The notes beneath the pieces were generated by a model, which searched no databases, was not told where the DNA came from, and saw only the letters and a list, made by a program, of their open reading frames with translations. A stretch of DNA of 64,000 bases from contig JAITVV010000070.1 of assembly GCA_031285625.1 (NCBI GenBank), forward strand, positions 41,532 through 105,531, in the 5' to 3' direction. A program made the translations under genes and the position numbers. Shown here piece by piece: positions 10,425 through 19,852 of this stretch. The stretch comes from Prevotella sp. GTDB lineage: Bacteria > Bacteroidota > Bacteroidia > Bacteroidales > Dysgonomonadaceae. How positions within the stretch are numbered: the stretch's first letter is position 1; every line of letters begins with the position of its first letter.

Positions 10425-11480
10425 TCAGTACACGCCATATTGCTTGACAGTTTCAATAAGGCAAAGCACATTTTCAGTCGGAATATTATCGTGGATACTG
10501 TGATCGGTGGAAATGATATATCCGCCACCGGATGCAGCCTCATTCAGACATTCCAAAACTTCATTCTTCACATCATCGCTGTTAGCCGATTCCATTGTCA
10601 CCTTGTTGTTCACATTCCCTATCGGGGTGATTCTTCCTTTGTATGTATCTTTCACTTTCTTCAAATCCATACCTGCAGCCCTTTCTACAGGGTGTAAGGC
10701 ATTAATGCCGCAATCAGCCAGATCGTCGATCACGTCCCATATCTGTCCGTCGTTATGCATAATAAAAGGTAATCCATATGCTTTTACAGCTTGTACCAGA
10801 CGTTTGAAATAAGGTATGAAAAATTCCCTGAATTGTTCGGGTGCTATCAATAATCCATTTGTCCCACCCCAATCGTCAGATATCTGTACACAATCTACAC
10901 CGCCTTCTTTGACAGCCAGTTCTAAAGCCTCCAGTGCCCATTTCAGGTATGCTTCATTGATTTCGTGAATAAGGTCAGGATCGGTAAACATGTTTATTGA
11001 AAAAGTTTCCATATCCATAATATACCATGAAAGCATTGTAAAAGGTCCTAATAAACCAAGAACAACAGCTAAATCTGATTCGTTAGCAGCCAGTACATCT
11101 TTCAAGATACGTGTCCGGTATGGTGTATCTACTTCAGGTAATTTGTAATTTTCCCAATCTTCGCGGCATTTTACCGGGGCACCGATCTGAGCAATAATAG
11201 GCCAGCCGTTTTTCCGGTATGTTACTTCCCATTCATCCTTATAGATCTCATCCTTTTCGTGCGGAGTTTCTTCTATTCCACAAAAACCGTTTATAGGAGT
11301 CCATATAGTATCGATACCCAATTTTGCAGCCAGTTCTACCTGAGCTTTTCCATCATACAATATGGTATTATATCCCAATAATTCTTTTTGTAGTTTCAGG
11401 CTAAATAAATGTTCGTGAATAGGAACCCTGTCTGGTGTTCCCCCGGTGAGGGCAGTTAAAAATCTTTCACGTGATGTCAT
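10425..11480 (-). CDS. URO-D/MtaA-fold methyltransferase (MT1-like)
   Basis: Start MTSRERFLTALTGGTPDRVP (ATG at 11480; the track starts at 11519), with SDDWG, MHNDG and STDHSIH. Confidence 0.82.
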   Translation of the reverse strand: MTSRERFLTALTGGTPDRVPIHEHLFSLKLQKELLGYNTILYDGKAQVELAAKLGIDTIWTPINGFCGIEETPHEKDEIYKDEWEVTYRKNGWPIIAQIGAPVKCREDWENYKLPEVDTPYRTRILKDVLAANESDLAVVLGLLGPFTMLSWYIMDMETFSINMFTDPDLIHEINEAYLKWALEALELAVKEGGVDCVQISDDWGGTNGLLIAPEQFREFFIPYFKRLVQAVKAYGLPFIMHNDGQIWDVIDDLADCGINALHPVERAAGMDLKKVKDTYKGRITPIGNVNNKVTMESANSDDVKNEVLECLNEAASGGGYIISTDHSIHDNIPTENVLCLIETVKQYGVY

Positions 11481-11596
11481 GGTGTTCCGATTAATTTGGT
11501 TACAATTTATAGGTATCAAATCTTAAGTTCAGCTAGCATTTTTATAAGATTTTCCGGTAGTGTATTTCATTAGCTAGCCAGCAAAAAAACTCTAAG

Positions 11597-11604
11597 CAAA
11601 TATA
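11597..11604 (-). promoter_or_regulatory. Bacteroidota housekeeping -7 promoter element for the methyltransferase operon
   Basis: TATATTTG on the minus strand matches TAnnTTTG. Confidence 0.45.
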
Positions 11605-11841
11605 AATTCTTTACTACCCTTAAATTCACCAAATATTACCTAAAACAATAATCTCAAACTATTAAAAAATCATATATAATGTTTTTAATACCTAATTATC
11701 AATTAGTTATATTTTGTTTTTTTATTCATTATTATAATTATTAAGAAAATGGCCAGTAGATAAGTAATTATTTTATTTTCTACTTTTACAAAAAGCAAAG
11801 AACGCTCCCCATCATTTTTTCCAACAATAAATTTTTATAAA

Positions 11842-13395
11842 ATGAAAAAGATAGATTCTGTTATTTCATTGTTGCATTCGTTATCCAAATCGGAGAAGAA
11901 GCATATTACTTTACATGTCTTGAGTGGAAATGAAAACAAAGATTATTTGATTATTTACGATCTTATAATCAATCAGAAAATATATGATACACAGAGTATC
12001 AAAATGGAATTTACGAAATCAAAACCAACCGGTTCTTTTGAGATTGCAGTTCATTATTTATATGATAAAATACTCAATTCTCTATTGATGCTTCGTAAAA
12101 AGAAGGACATAGTGTATGATTTGTTTCAAATAATAAGTAAAGTGAGGATGTTGTACGAGCGTTCCTTATTTCATGAATGCTTCGAGCTGCTTTCCGAAGC
12201 GATTGAAATGGCCCGGAAATACCAATATTACGAAATATTGATAATTGCCTTAAGGCTTGAGTTGGAATATTTGTTCCGCCTCAATTTTCCGGACATATCG
12301 GAACAGGAACTATATCATAGGCATTATGAGCTGGGTGATGCTATAAAAAACATTCGAAATATCACGGAACAATCTTCTCTTCATGATACATTGAAATACC
12401 GGTTGATATATAAAGGAAGCATTCGTACAGATAAACAAAAGCGAGAAATGAATGACCTGATGGTTAGCGAATTTTATATTGCCGCATCTACAGAAAGTAA
12501 AAACAATTTTGAAATAAAAAAGAACCACCAGTTGTTTCAATCAAGCTATTTGATGGGTGTCGGTGATTTCAATTCAGCTTTAGAAACTCTGAAAGAACTA
12601 AATAGGGTCTTCGAAAATAATCCGGAGCACTGGGCAAATCCTCCAATCTACTATATGTCGGTATTGGAAGGTATATTGAGTAGCTTACGCTTCTATGGCA
12701 ACTATGAAGAAATGGGATATTATGTCGAAAAACTGAAAATTTTAGCTGAATCGTCATCGGTAGAATTTAAAGTAAATACCTTATGTCTGGTTTTCCAATA
12801 TGAATTGTTTCCTTGGCTAGATAAAGGTGATTATGAGAAATGTAAGGAGATTATAGAAGAGTATGATGAACGTTTGTTCAGTAAAGAAAGCTGGTTAAAT
12901 CCTATCCGGCTCAGTGAATTAATATTGTATACCTCGATAGTACATATTGGAATGAAAGAATTTTCTAAGGCAAAGAAACGTTTGAATAGTCTTTTATTTG
13001 ATCGGTTTATGGATTATTTACCTATTAAAAAGATAATCCGCCTCATGCGTCTGATTGTTTATTATGAATTGGGTGATTTTGATTTGATCAGATTTGAAAC
13101 ACGTTCTATCAAAAGAGGGATGACCAATAAAAAAGAGCCACATTACAGAACAGAGCATATGTTGCTTTGGTTTCTTAATAATGAAAATCTGCCTGTCTTT
13201 AACAAAGACAAAGATGATTTGTGGAAAAAAATTTCTAATCAACTTACCGAATGGCAGGATAACCGTTATGAGCGCCAGATATTATATTTATTTGATTTTA
13301 CTGCATGGATAGAAGCTAAAATCTTTAAGAAGCCACTTTCTACAATAATGGAAAAAAATTTTGAAGAAAAAATGAAAAATAATACACAGCATTAA
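11842..13395 (+). CDS. Helical/TPR-like protein, probable RusR-like regulator
   Basis: 517 aa, soluble, N-terminal LLHSLSKSEKK. Lies upstream of a ribokinase, as rusR does in the B. thetaiotaomicron rus locus (recalled, not searched). Confidence 0.5.
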   Translation: MKKIDSVISLLHSLSKSEKKHITLHVLSGNENKDYLIIYDLIINQKIYDTQSIKMEFTKSKPTGSFEIAVHYLYDKILNSLLMLRKKKDIVYDLFQIISKVRMLYERSLFHECFELLSEAIEMARKYQYYEILIIALRLELEYLFRLNFPDISEQELYHRHYELGDAIKNIRNITEQSSLHDTLKYRLIYKGSIRTDKQKREMNDLMVSEFYIAASTESKNNFEIKKNHQLFQSSYLMGVGDFNSALETLKELNRVFENNPEHWANPPIYYMSVLEGILSSLRFYGNYEEMGYYVEKLKILAESSSVEFKVNTLCLVFQYELFPWLDKGDYEKCKEIIEEYDERLFSKESWLNPIRLSELILYTSIVHIGMKEFSKAKKRLNSLLFDRFMDYLPIKKIIRLMRLIVYYELGDFDLIRFETRSIKRGMTNKKEPHYRTEHMLLWFLNNENLPVFNKDKDDLWKKISNQLTEWQDNRYERQILYLFDFTAWIEAKIFKKPLSTIMEKNFEEKMKNNTQH

Positions 13396-13564
13396 TTCTC
13401 ATCTTTTTAGTTGAATTTACAAAATGTAGATTTATATAAAAATGCAGATCAACGTATATATATAAAATTAATATTCAATTAATTACAAATAATTTTTATA
13501 ATAAAACCAAATTTGAATTATATAAATAGCAATTTTTTAGTCATTATCTAGTAAATACTCACTA

Positions 13565-13572
13565 TATATTTG
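13565..13572 (+). promoter_or_regulatory. -7 promoter element upstream of ribokinase 2
   Basis: TATATTTG matches TAnnTTTG. Confidence 0.4.
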
Positions 13573-13664
13573 ATATTAATTAAATCAATATATGAAAATG
13601 CGATGAAAAATCCACATAAAAATCGCAATACTCATCATTAAGAAACATAATTATTTACTAATAC

Positions 13665-14561
13665 ATGAAAAAAATAGTTGTTATAGGAAGTAGTAATACA
13701 GATATGGTAATAAAGTCTGATAAATTGCCAAACCCGGGCGAAACAATCCTGGGTGGAGAATTTTTGCTAAATCCCGGAGGTAAAGGGGCTAATCAGGCAG
13801 TAACTGCTGCAAGACTTGGTGGAAAAGTCACATTTATTGCAAAAATAGGCAGTGATGCATTTGGCAAAAATTCAATAAATCTATATTCGTCCGAAGGTAT
13901 AAATACCGAATTTATTTTTTCTGATCCGGAAAAGCCGTCAGGTGTAGCATTAATAAATGTAAATGAAAGTGGTGAGAATTGTATTGTAGTAGCTCCGGGT
14001 GCTAATGGCTTATTATCGGTAGAAGATATAGAAAAAGCGAAATATGAGATTGAATCTGCCGATATCTTATTAATGCAACTGGAAATCCCTCTATCTGTGG
14101 TTGAGTATTCCGCTAAGCTGGCATACGAAAAAGGTATAAAGGTTATTCTGAATCCGGCTCCGGCCAATGAACTTTCTAACTCCTTACTAAAATGTCTGTA
14201 TATTATAACACCAAATAAGAATGAAGCGGAGGCACTCTCGGGAATAAAAATAACTGATATCGAAAGTGCAAAAAGTGCAGCTGCAGTAATAAGAGAAAAA
14301 GGAGTTGACACAGTAATAATTACGATGGGCGAATTAGGCGCTATCATTTGTGATGACCAACTTCATCAAATCCCTGCCGTAAACGTAAAAACAGTGGATA
14401 CAACAGCTGCGGGTGATGTATTTAATGGAGCTTTATCAGTGGCGCTGGCTGAAGATAAAAGCATAGTGGATGCAGTAATATTTGCCTGTAAATGTGCTGC
14501 GCTGTCGGTGACCAAACTAGGTGCCCAGTCATCTATTCCCTACCGGAACAATATTGTTTGA
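13665..14561 (+). CDS. rbsK: Ribokinase (PfkB family), copy 2
   Basis: Motifs IVVIGSSNTD, PGGKGANQA, MQLEIP, LNPAPA and DTTAAGDVF. Confidence 0.92.
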   Translation: MKKIVVIGSSNTDMVIKSDKLPNPGETILGGEFLLNPGGKGANQAVTAARLGGKVTFIAKIGSDAFGKNSINLYSSEGINTEFIFSDPEKPSGVALINVNESGENCIVVAPGANGLLSVEDIEKAKYEIESADILLMQLEIPLSVVEYSAKLAYEKGIKVILNPAPANELSNSLLKCLYIITPNKNEAEALSGIKITDIESAKSAAAVIREKGVDTVIITMGELGAIICDDQLHQIPAVNVKTVDTTAAGDVFNGALSVALAEDKSIVDAVIFACKCAALSVTKLGAQSSIPYRNNIV

Positions 14562-14596
14562 AATAATATAAACCTATAAATCAAATACAAAATTAT

Positions 14597-17233
14597 ATGC
14601 GTAGTTTTTTATTTTTTATTTTAGTCATACTGGTTTCAATGAAGCCATTTGCTGTATTCCCAGGAGAGCAAAACCAAAATCTGTCTCTGTCCGGAATGGT
14701 AACGGCATCATCTAATGCCGGAAAGCAATATCATGAGAAGAATGTTGCCGATAATAACATGGAAACTTTATGGAAGGCAAAAAAGTCAAATGCAGAACAA
14801 TGGTTGCTTATCGATCTGAAGAGTAATTATGCATTAAATAAGATAAGCCAGACTTTTGGAAATACGGCTGTCTGGAAATTCAAGATTGAAGGTTCTGTAG
14901 ATAAACAGAATTGGACAATGCTGGTTGATAAAACAAAGGGCGCCTCAGGAATATCATTTGCCGAAAGTGTGTCCGGGGTTTACCGTTATGTACGGTTAAC
15001 AATATCCGGATCCGGTAACAATGATATTGCTTCATCAGCCGAATTTGCAATCTATGGAACCGATAAGGGTACTAATATTGCCTTGGGTAAATATTTTAAC
15101 ACTCATGTGCGACAAGAAGGCTTCGAACCGGAAAAAGCACTTGATGGCGATATTGCGACATATTGGAGAGCATCGAATACCTATCCGCAGACGTTGACTT
15201 TAGATTTGAGAAGAATGTGCATGATTACCGGGGTAAGACAGGTGTTTAAGCAGCATGACATATGGAAATTTAAAATAGAAGGATCAAAGGACAACCAGCA
15301 ATGGGATAGCCTGTTAGATAACTCACAAGGCGATAGGGGATTCGATTTCTCTACTTCTGTTTCGGGTGACTACCATTTTATCCGGTTAACCATTCTGGAA
15401 TCTTCATCAGGGTATATTGCCAATAGTTGCGAATTTTGTGTCTACGGATTCGAATCGGACAATAATGAAGTAAAGCCGCTCCGTAAGAATCTGGCTTATA
15501 ATACAGCAGCATCTACTTCTTCATTCGACCGGAACGACTATTCGCAATATAAAGCTTTGGATGGTAATGAGCATACATTCTGGCGCGCCGACGATACATC
15601 AATGCCGCAATGGCTATTGGTTGATTTAGGAAACTCATGCCAAATCGATGAAATAAGCCAGGTATTTACAAATGAGGATACATGGAAGTTTAAAATTGAG
15701 GCTTCGAACGATAAAGATAACTGGACAGAAATAGCTGATGAAACGGCCGGTTATACAGGTTCCCGTTACTCAAAGGCTATGAATGGCTATTATCGTTACG
15801 TAAAGATTACTATAACAGATGCTGAAAATAAAAACCGGGCCGGAAGTAAGGAATTAGCTATATATGGTACGGGATCTCCCAAGACAGCAAAATGGTGGGA
15901 AGATAAGTCCGGAATGTCACGCTATTATCCAAAATTCTATAAGCAGACTTTTCCATCCATTATCGACAGTTTAGATATTATTCAGGCACAGGGATATAAT
16001 ATTCTCGAATTCTCAGCTCCTTACGAGGGCGATCCTGAAGTATGGGGAGGTTTGGGAGCTACCAACAATTATGCTATCGATCCTTCGATAGGCACAATGG
16101 AAGATTTTGAACGCTTACTCAGGGAAGCTCACGCCCGTGACATGAAGGTTATCTTCTTCGGAAATGTAGGTTATTGCTGGCATGAAGCTCCTTTTTTCCA
16201 AAAAGCATGTGACGATGAGAGGAATAAAGTAAACAGCAAAGAACGCAAATGGTTCCATTTTAGCCAGACAAAACATAGCGACAGTTGGTTCTGGAGCGAG
16301 AGAGCCCAGGCATATTACTATTCATTCTGGGGTAATTCTGATGGTGCAGAAGGGCGTATACCTAATTATAATTTCAACAATCAGGAATGGCGCGATGAAT
16401 GTGTGAACTATCTTAATTTTTGGTCGAATAAAGGTGTTGACGGACTATTGCTTGATGCTCCCGGAGCCTATGATGGTATCAATGATGCCATTATAGAAGA
16501 AAATATAGTGAAGGTTCTTAACCGTCATGGTATAGTTACTAATGCTGAAGGTTCAGGGGATGTATATCATTGGATGCACCGTTTCGGATTCAACAGTATA
16601 CAGGGATTTGATGTATATGGCTGGGGTGGAGGTAAGCGAAGTGATATACTTGCCGGGCGAAAGACAAATACCCCTCAGGGACTGGATAAAAAACTAAAGG
16701 AGTACAGAGACATGGCAAATGCTTTTAATGGTGTTACCATAACTCCTCCGATGTGGGAAATACCTGCTACTGAAGATGAACGGATATTTGAAGTTGCTTA
16801 TCTGACAACTTTAGGAACCATCTTTGTAAATCATTACGGGGATCATCACCGTGACTATATCGCACAATTTATTATGAGCAAATGGCCTCTTGAAAAGCAA
16901 AAAGAATTCTATGATCTTGTTCGCACCCAGAATAGCTATATTGGACTGGCTCCTTACGGACAACGCATGTGTTTGCCTACAAATGACGATGAAAAATATA
17001 CGGCATTCAAGAGAACCAATAAGGATGGAAAAGTTTCGGCACTCGTTATCTTCAACTTTCAGGATGCAGAAAGTACTATATCTGTCGATCTTAGAAACTC
17101 TGGGATAGACCATTCACACACACCTATCGATTTGTTGACAGGGAAAGCGGCCAAACCGATCACTTCCGATAAATATGCAGTTTCTGTACCTGCCTATGGA
17201 TATCTGATTTTGGGTGTGGAAAACGAAATGTAA
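14597..17233 (+). CDS. Secreted protein with three F5/8-type-C (discoidin/CBM32-like) domains and a divergent GH13-like catalytic domain
   Basis: Signal peptide; three repeats of WKFKIE(G/A)SxDxxxW; then YAIDPSIGTMEDFERLLREAHARDMKVI and GVDGLLLDA. Confidence 0.7.
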   Translation: MRSFLFFILVILVSMKPFAVFPGEQNQNLSLSGMVTASSNAGKQYHEKNVADNNMETLWKAKKSNAEQWLLIDLKSNYALNKISQTFGNTAVWKFKIEGSVDKQNWTMLVDKTKGASGISFAESVSGVYRYVRLTISGSGNNDIASSAEFAIYGTDKGTNIALGKYFNTHVRQEGFEPEKALDGDIATYWRASNTYPQTLTLDLRRMCMITGVRQVFKQHDIWKFKIEGSKDNQQWDSLLDNSQGDRGFDFSTSVSGDYHFIRLTILESSSGYIANSCEFCVYGFESDNNEVKPLRKNLAYNTAASTSSFDRNDYSQYKALDGNEHTFWRADDTSMPQWLLVDLGNSCQIDEISQVFTNEDTWKFKIEASNDKDNWTEIADETAGYTGSRYSKAMNGYYRYVKITITDAENKNRAGSKELAIYGTGSPKTAKWWEDKSGMSRYYPKFYKQTFPSIIDSLDIIQAQGYNILEFSAPYEGDPEVWGGLGATNNYAIDPSIGTMEDFERLLREAHARDMKVIFFGNVGYCWHEAPFFQKACDDERNKVNSKERKWFHFSQTKHSDSWFWSERAQAYYYSFWGNSDGAEGRIPNYNFNNQEWRDECVNYLNFWSNKGVDGLLLDAPGAYDGINDAIIEENIVKVLNRHGIVTNAEGSGDVYHWMHRFGFNSIQGFDVYGWGGGKRSDILAGRKTNTPQGLDKKLKEYRDMANAFNGVTITPPMWEIPATEDERIFEVAYLTTLGTIFVNHYGDHHRDYIAQFIMSKWPLEKQKEFYDLVRTQNSYIGLAPYGQRMCLPTNDDEKYTAFKRTNKDGKVSALVIFNFQDAESTISVDLRNSGIDHSHTPIDLLTGKAAKPITSDKYAVSVPAYGYLILGVENEM

Positions 17234-17250
17234 AGACTTTAATAATGAAG

Positions 17251-17416
17251 TCGTCTCGACTTTTTAAACACAGAGTAAAAGGAGTAACACGGAGTTTTTA
17301 GACTTTATAGCAGGAAACAGATGTATTTTAAAGATAAATATTCACTTTTTTGTCATGTAGTGTACATTTTTTACTCCGTGGAACTCTGTGAGACTCCGTG
17401 TTAAAAGTCAAGATGA
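17251..17416. repeat. Palindromic REP/MITE-like intergenic element
   Basis: The left end tcgtctcgactttttaaacacagagt pairs imperfectly with the right end actccgtgttaaaagtcaagatga. Internal cac(a/g)gagt and actc(c/t)gtg repeats. Confidence 0.7.
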
Positions 17417-17482
17417 ATTCAATAGAATATCTAATTGAAGTAAAACACTATCTATATTGTTAACAATTAAATAGAATAGAAT

Positions 17483-18493
17483 ATGTTTATTGTAGAAAGC
17501 TACCCTTTAGCAATATTATTTTGTGTAATAACAATGCTGTGTTGGGGTTCATGGGGAAATACACAAAAGTTAGCCGCTAAAACATGGCGATACGAGCTGT
17601 TTTATTGGGACTACGTGATTGGCATTGTAATTTTATCCGTAATACTTGGCTTCACACTTGGAAGTTTTGGTGAAGAGGGTAGAAGCTTTATCGAAGACCT
17701 GAAGCAAGTAAGCGGATCTATGGTTTTAAGTGCCATTATCGGAGGTATTGTGTTCAATGCTGCTAATATATTATTGTCTGCGTCTATTTCGCTGGCAGGT
17801 ATGTCTGTCGCATTCCCATTAGGAGTAGGGCTGGCTTTGGTTTTGGGCGTATTCATTAATTATTTAAATACACCAAAAGGAGATCCGGTTATTTTATTTC
17901 TGGGTGTAGCTCTGATTGTAATTGCCATAATATTTAACGGCATTGCTTCCGGGAAAATGACTAAAAGCAGCGAAGAGATGAAAACTAGGAAAAAAGGAAT
18001 AATCATCGCTGTTTGTGCAGGTATCCTTATGTCATTCTTCTACAGATTTGTGGCACGTGCTATGGATTTGGATAATTTCGAAAATCCTACTCCGGGCATG
18101 ATGACTCCTTATTCTGCATTTTTTGTATTCTCGCTTGGAATATTAGCAAGTAACTTCCTGTTTAATACATTGGTTATGAAGAAACCATTTGTTGGTGGCC
18201 CTGTCACTTATTCCGAATATTTCAAAGGTAATGCTAAAACACACATGGTAGGAATATTGGGCGGTTTGATATGGGGGTTGGGTACCGCTTTCAGTTATAT
18301 AGCAGCAGGCAAGGCCGGAGCTCCCATATCATATGCATTAGGTCAGGGAGCACCTATGATCGCCGCACTGTGGGGAGTCTTTGTCTGGAACGAATTTAAA
18401 GGAGCTAATAAGACAGTTAATATATTACTTACATGCATGTTTATTCTGTTTATATCGGGACTGGGACTTATTGTGGTTTCAGGAGGAAATTAG
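17483..18493 (+). CDS. GRP/DMT-family sugar permease (RusT-like)
   Basis: About 10 TM segments; motifs MLCWGSWGNTQK, WRYELFYWDY and ISYALGQGAPMIAALWGVFVWNEF. Confidence 0.82.
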   Translation: MFIVESYPLAILFCVITMLCWGSWGNTQKLAAKTWRYELFYWDYVIGIVILSVILGFTLGSFGEEGRSFIEDLKQVSGSMVLSAIIGGIVFNAANILLSASISLAGMSVAFPLGVGLALVLGVFINYLNTPKGDPVILFLGVALIVIAIIFNGIASGKMTKSSEEMKTRKKGIIIAVCAGILMSFFYRFVARAMDLDNFENPTPGMMTPYSAFFVFSLGILASNFLFNTLVMKKPFVGGPVTYSEYFKGNAKTHMVGILGGLIWGLGTAFSYIAAGKAGAPISYALGQGAPMIAALWGVFVWNEFKGANKTVNILLTCMFILFISGLGLIVVSGGN

Positions 18494-18533
18494 TTAATCT
18501 ATAGGATTAGGATTTGAATTAGGTGTTTAAAGT

Positions 18534-18592
18534 AAAAGGTGACAAAGTGAAAATGCAAAGAGGGGTTAAAGCTGTAACTTTTGTCACCTTTT
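18534..18592. repeat. Intergenic inverted repeat
   Basis: aaaaggtgacaaa ... tttgtcacctttt (13-bp arms). Confidence 0.6.
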
Positions 18593-18632
18593 CGATTATC
18601 GATCGAAGTCTAATATTTTAAAAATATTAATT

Positions 18633-19811
18633 ATGAAAAGAAAAATTCTTACGCATCTCTTTCTTATCATATTTTTATTGGTAGGCAACTCTGTTTTTTC
18701 TCAAGATTTTGCTGGGGATCTCAGTAGCCTGATCACTATAAAAAAAGATATGAAAAGCCGCCGTATCAGCACGGCAGACCCAACAGGTAACAATCATGAC
18801 AATACAGGGTTAATCAAGATTGGAGATAAGAAGGTAATCGAGATTGAAGGATCTGGAATCATCAATCATATCTGGATGACGATTGCTCCCTGGGATATGA
18901 GGCGAAATGATATTATTTTACGCATATATTGGGATGGAAATGACTATCCTTCAGTTGAATCACCGCTGGCTGCATTCTTTGGAAACGGCTGGGACGAAAA
19001 ATATAATTATGCATCTTTGCCGCTGGCAGTAGGACCTGCCGACGGAACAGGTATGGTATCTTATTTTCAGATGCCATTTAAAAACGGAGCTAAAATAGAA
19101 ATTGAAAATCAGGCAGATCGAAATATCGACTGTATATATTTCTATATAGATTATGTGGAAATGAATGAGCTACCTGATTATATAGGTCGTTTCCATGCAT
19201 GGTACAATCATAAATTAACAGAAGCATTGCCAGAAGGCGAGACCGAATGGGGGGTTGTCGGCACAATGGAAAACAATGTAGATGGTGCCAGAAATTATGT
19301 TTTCATCGATACTAAGGGAAAAGGACATTTTGTAGGTATCAACTATTATGTACATTGCCCTTCTCCGATGTGGTATGGCGAAGGAGACGATATGTTTTTT
19401 ATAGATGGTGAAAAACGGGCATCGATTTTAGGTACGGGAACCGAAGACTTTTTCAATACCTCGTGGTGTCCCAAAACACTTTTCGCTCATCCTTATTACG
19501 GGTATGCCAGAGTAAATAATGAGATTGGCTGGCTGGGAAGGACACATGTATACAGGTTTTTTGTTTCAGATCCAATATATTTTGACAAATCGCTAAAAGG
19601 TACTATCGAGCATGGTCATAACAATAATCTGACACTCGATATCGGTACTGTAGCATACTGGTACCAAAGTGAAGCGGGCATATTACCTCCGGCACCAACG
19701 AAAGAACAACGTGCTCCTAAAGCATTCATTATCGATCGTGATATACATAAGTGGCGTCATGAATGGAGAAAGAGTAAAGGAAATAGTTCTACATTGTGGG
19801 GTAATGAATAA
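18633..19811 (+). CDS. DUF2961/GH172 glycoside hydrolase (alpha-D-arabinofuranosidase/fructofuranosidase-like), secreted
   Basis: Signal peptide; motifs GIINHIWMT, MPFKNGA, WYGEGDD, GTGTEDFFN and TIEHGH. Confidence 0.88.
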   Translation: MKRKILTHLFLIIFLLVGNSVFSQDFAGDLSSLITIKKDMKSRRISTADPTGNNHDNTGLIKIGDKKVIEIEGSGIINHIWMTIAPWDMRRNDIILRIYWDGNDYPSVESPLAAFFGNGWDEKYNYASLPLAVGPADGTGMVSYFQMPFKNGAKIEIENQADRNIDCIYFYIDYVEMNELPDYIGRFHAWYNHKLTEALPEGETEWGVVGTMENNVDGARNYVFIDTKGKGHFVGINYYVHCPSPMWYGEGDDMFFIDGEKRASILGTGTEDFFNTSWCPKTLFAHPYYGYARVNNEIGWLGRTHVYRFFVSDPIYFDKSLKGTIEHGHNNNLTLDIGTVAYWYQSEAGILPPAPTKEQRAPKAFIIDRDIHKWRHEWRKSKGNSSTLWGNE

Positions 19812-19852
19812 TTAAAGCTAATCATTAGTATAACTTAGATATTGGTTACTTC

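Noticed and set aside
5626-11480. hemE (uroporphyrinogen decarboxylase) annotation for the URO-D proteins
   Set aside because: No RQAGR motif, metal-ligand HxC/HxD motifs are present, and the corrinoid context indicates methyltransferases.
11481-11841. Possible cobalamin or SAM riboswitch ahead of the B12 methyltransferase operon
   Set aside because: The region is very AT-rich, and I could not find a B12 box or SAM-I core.
13793-14347. 184-aa minus-strand ORF, and the many similar 60-145 aa overlapping ORFs across the window
   Set aside because: They lie opposite or within well-supported genes and have no recognisable motifs.
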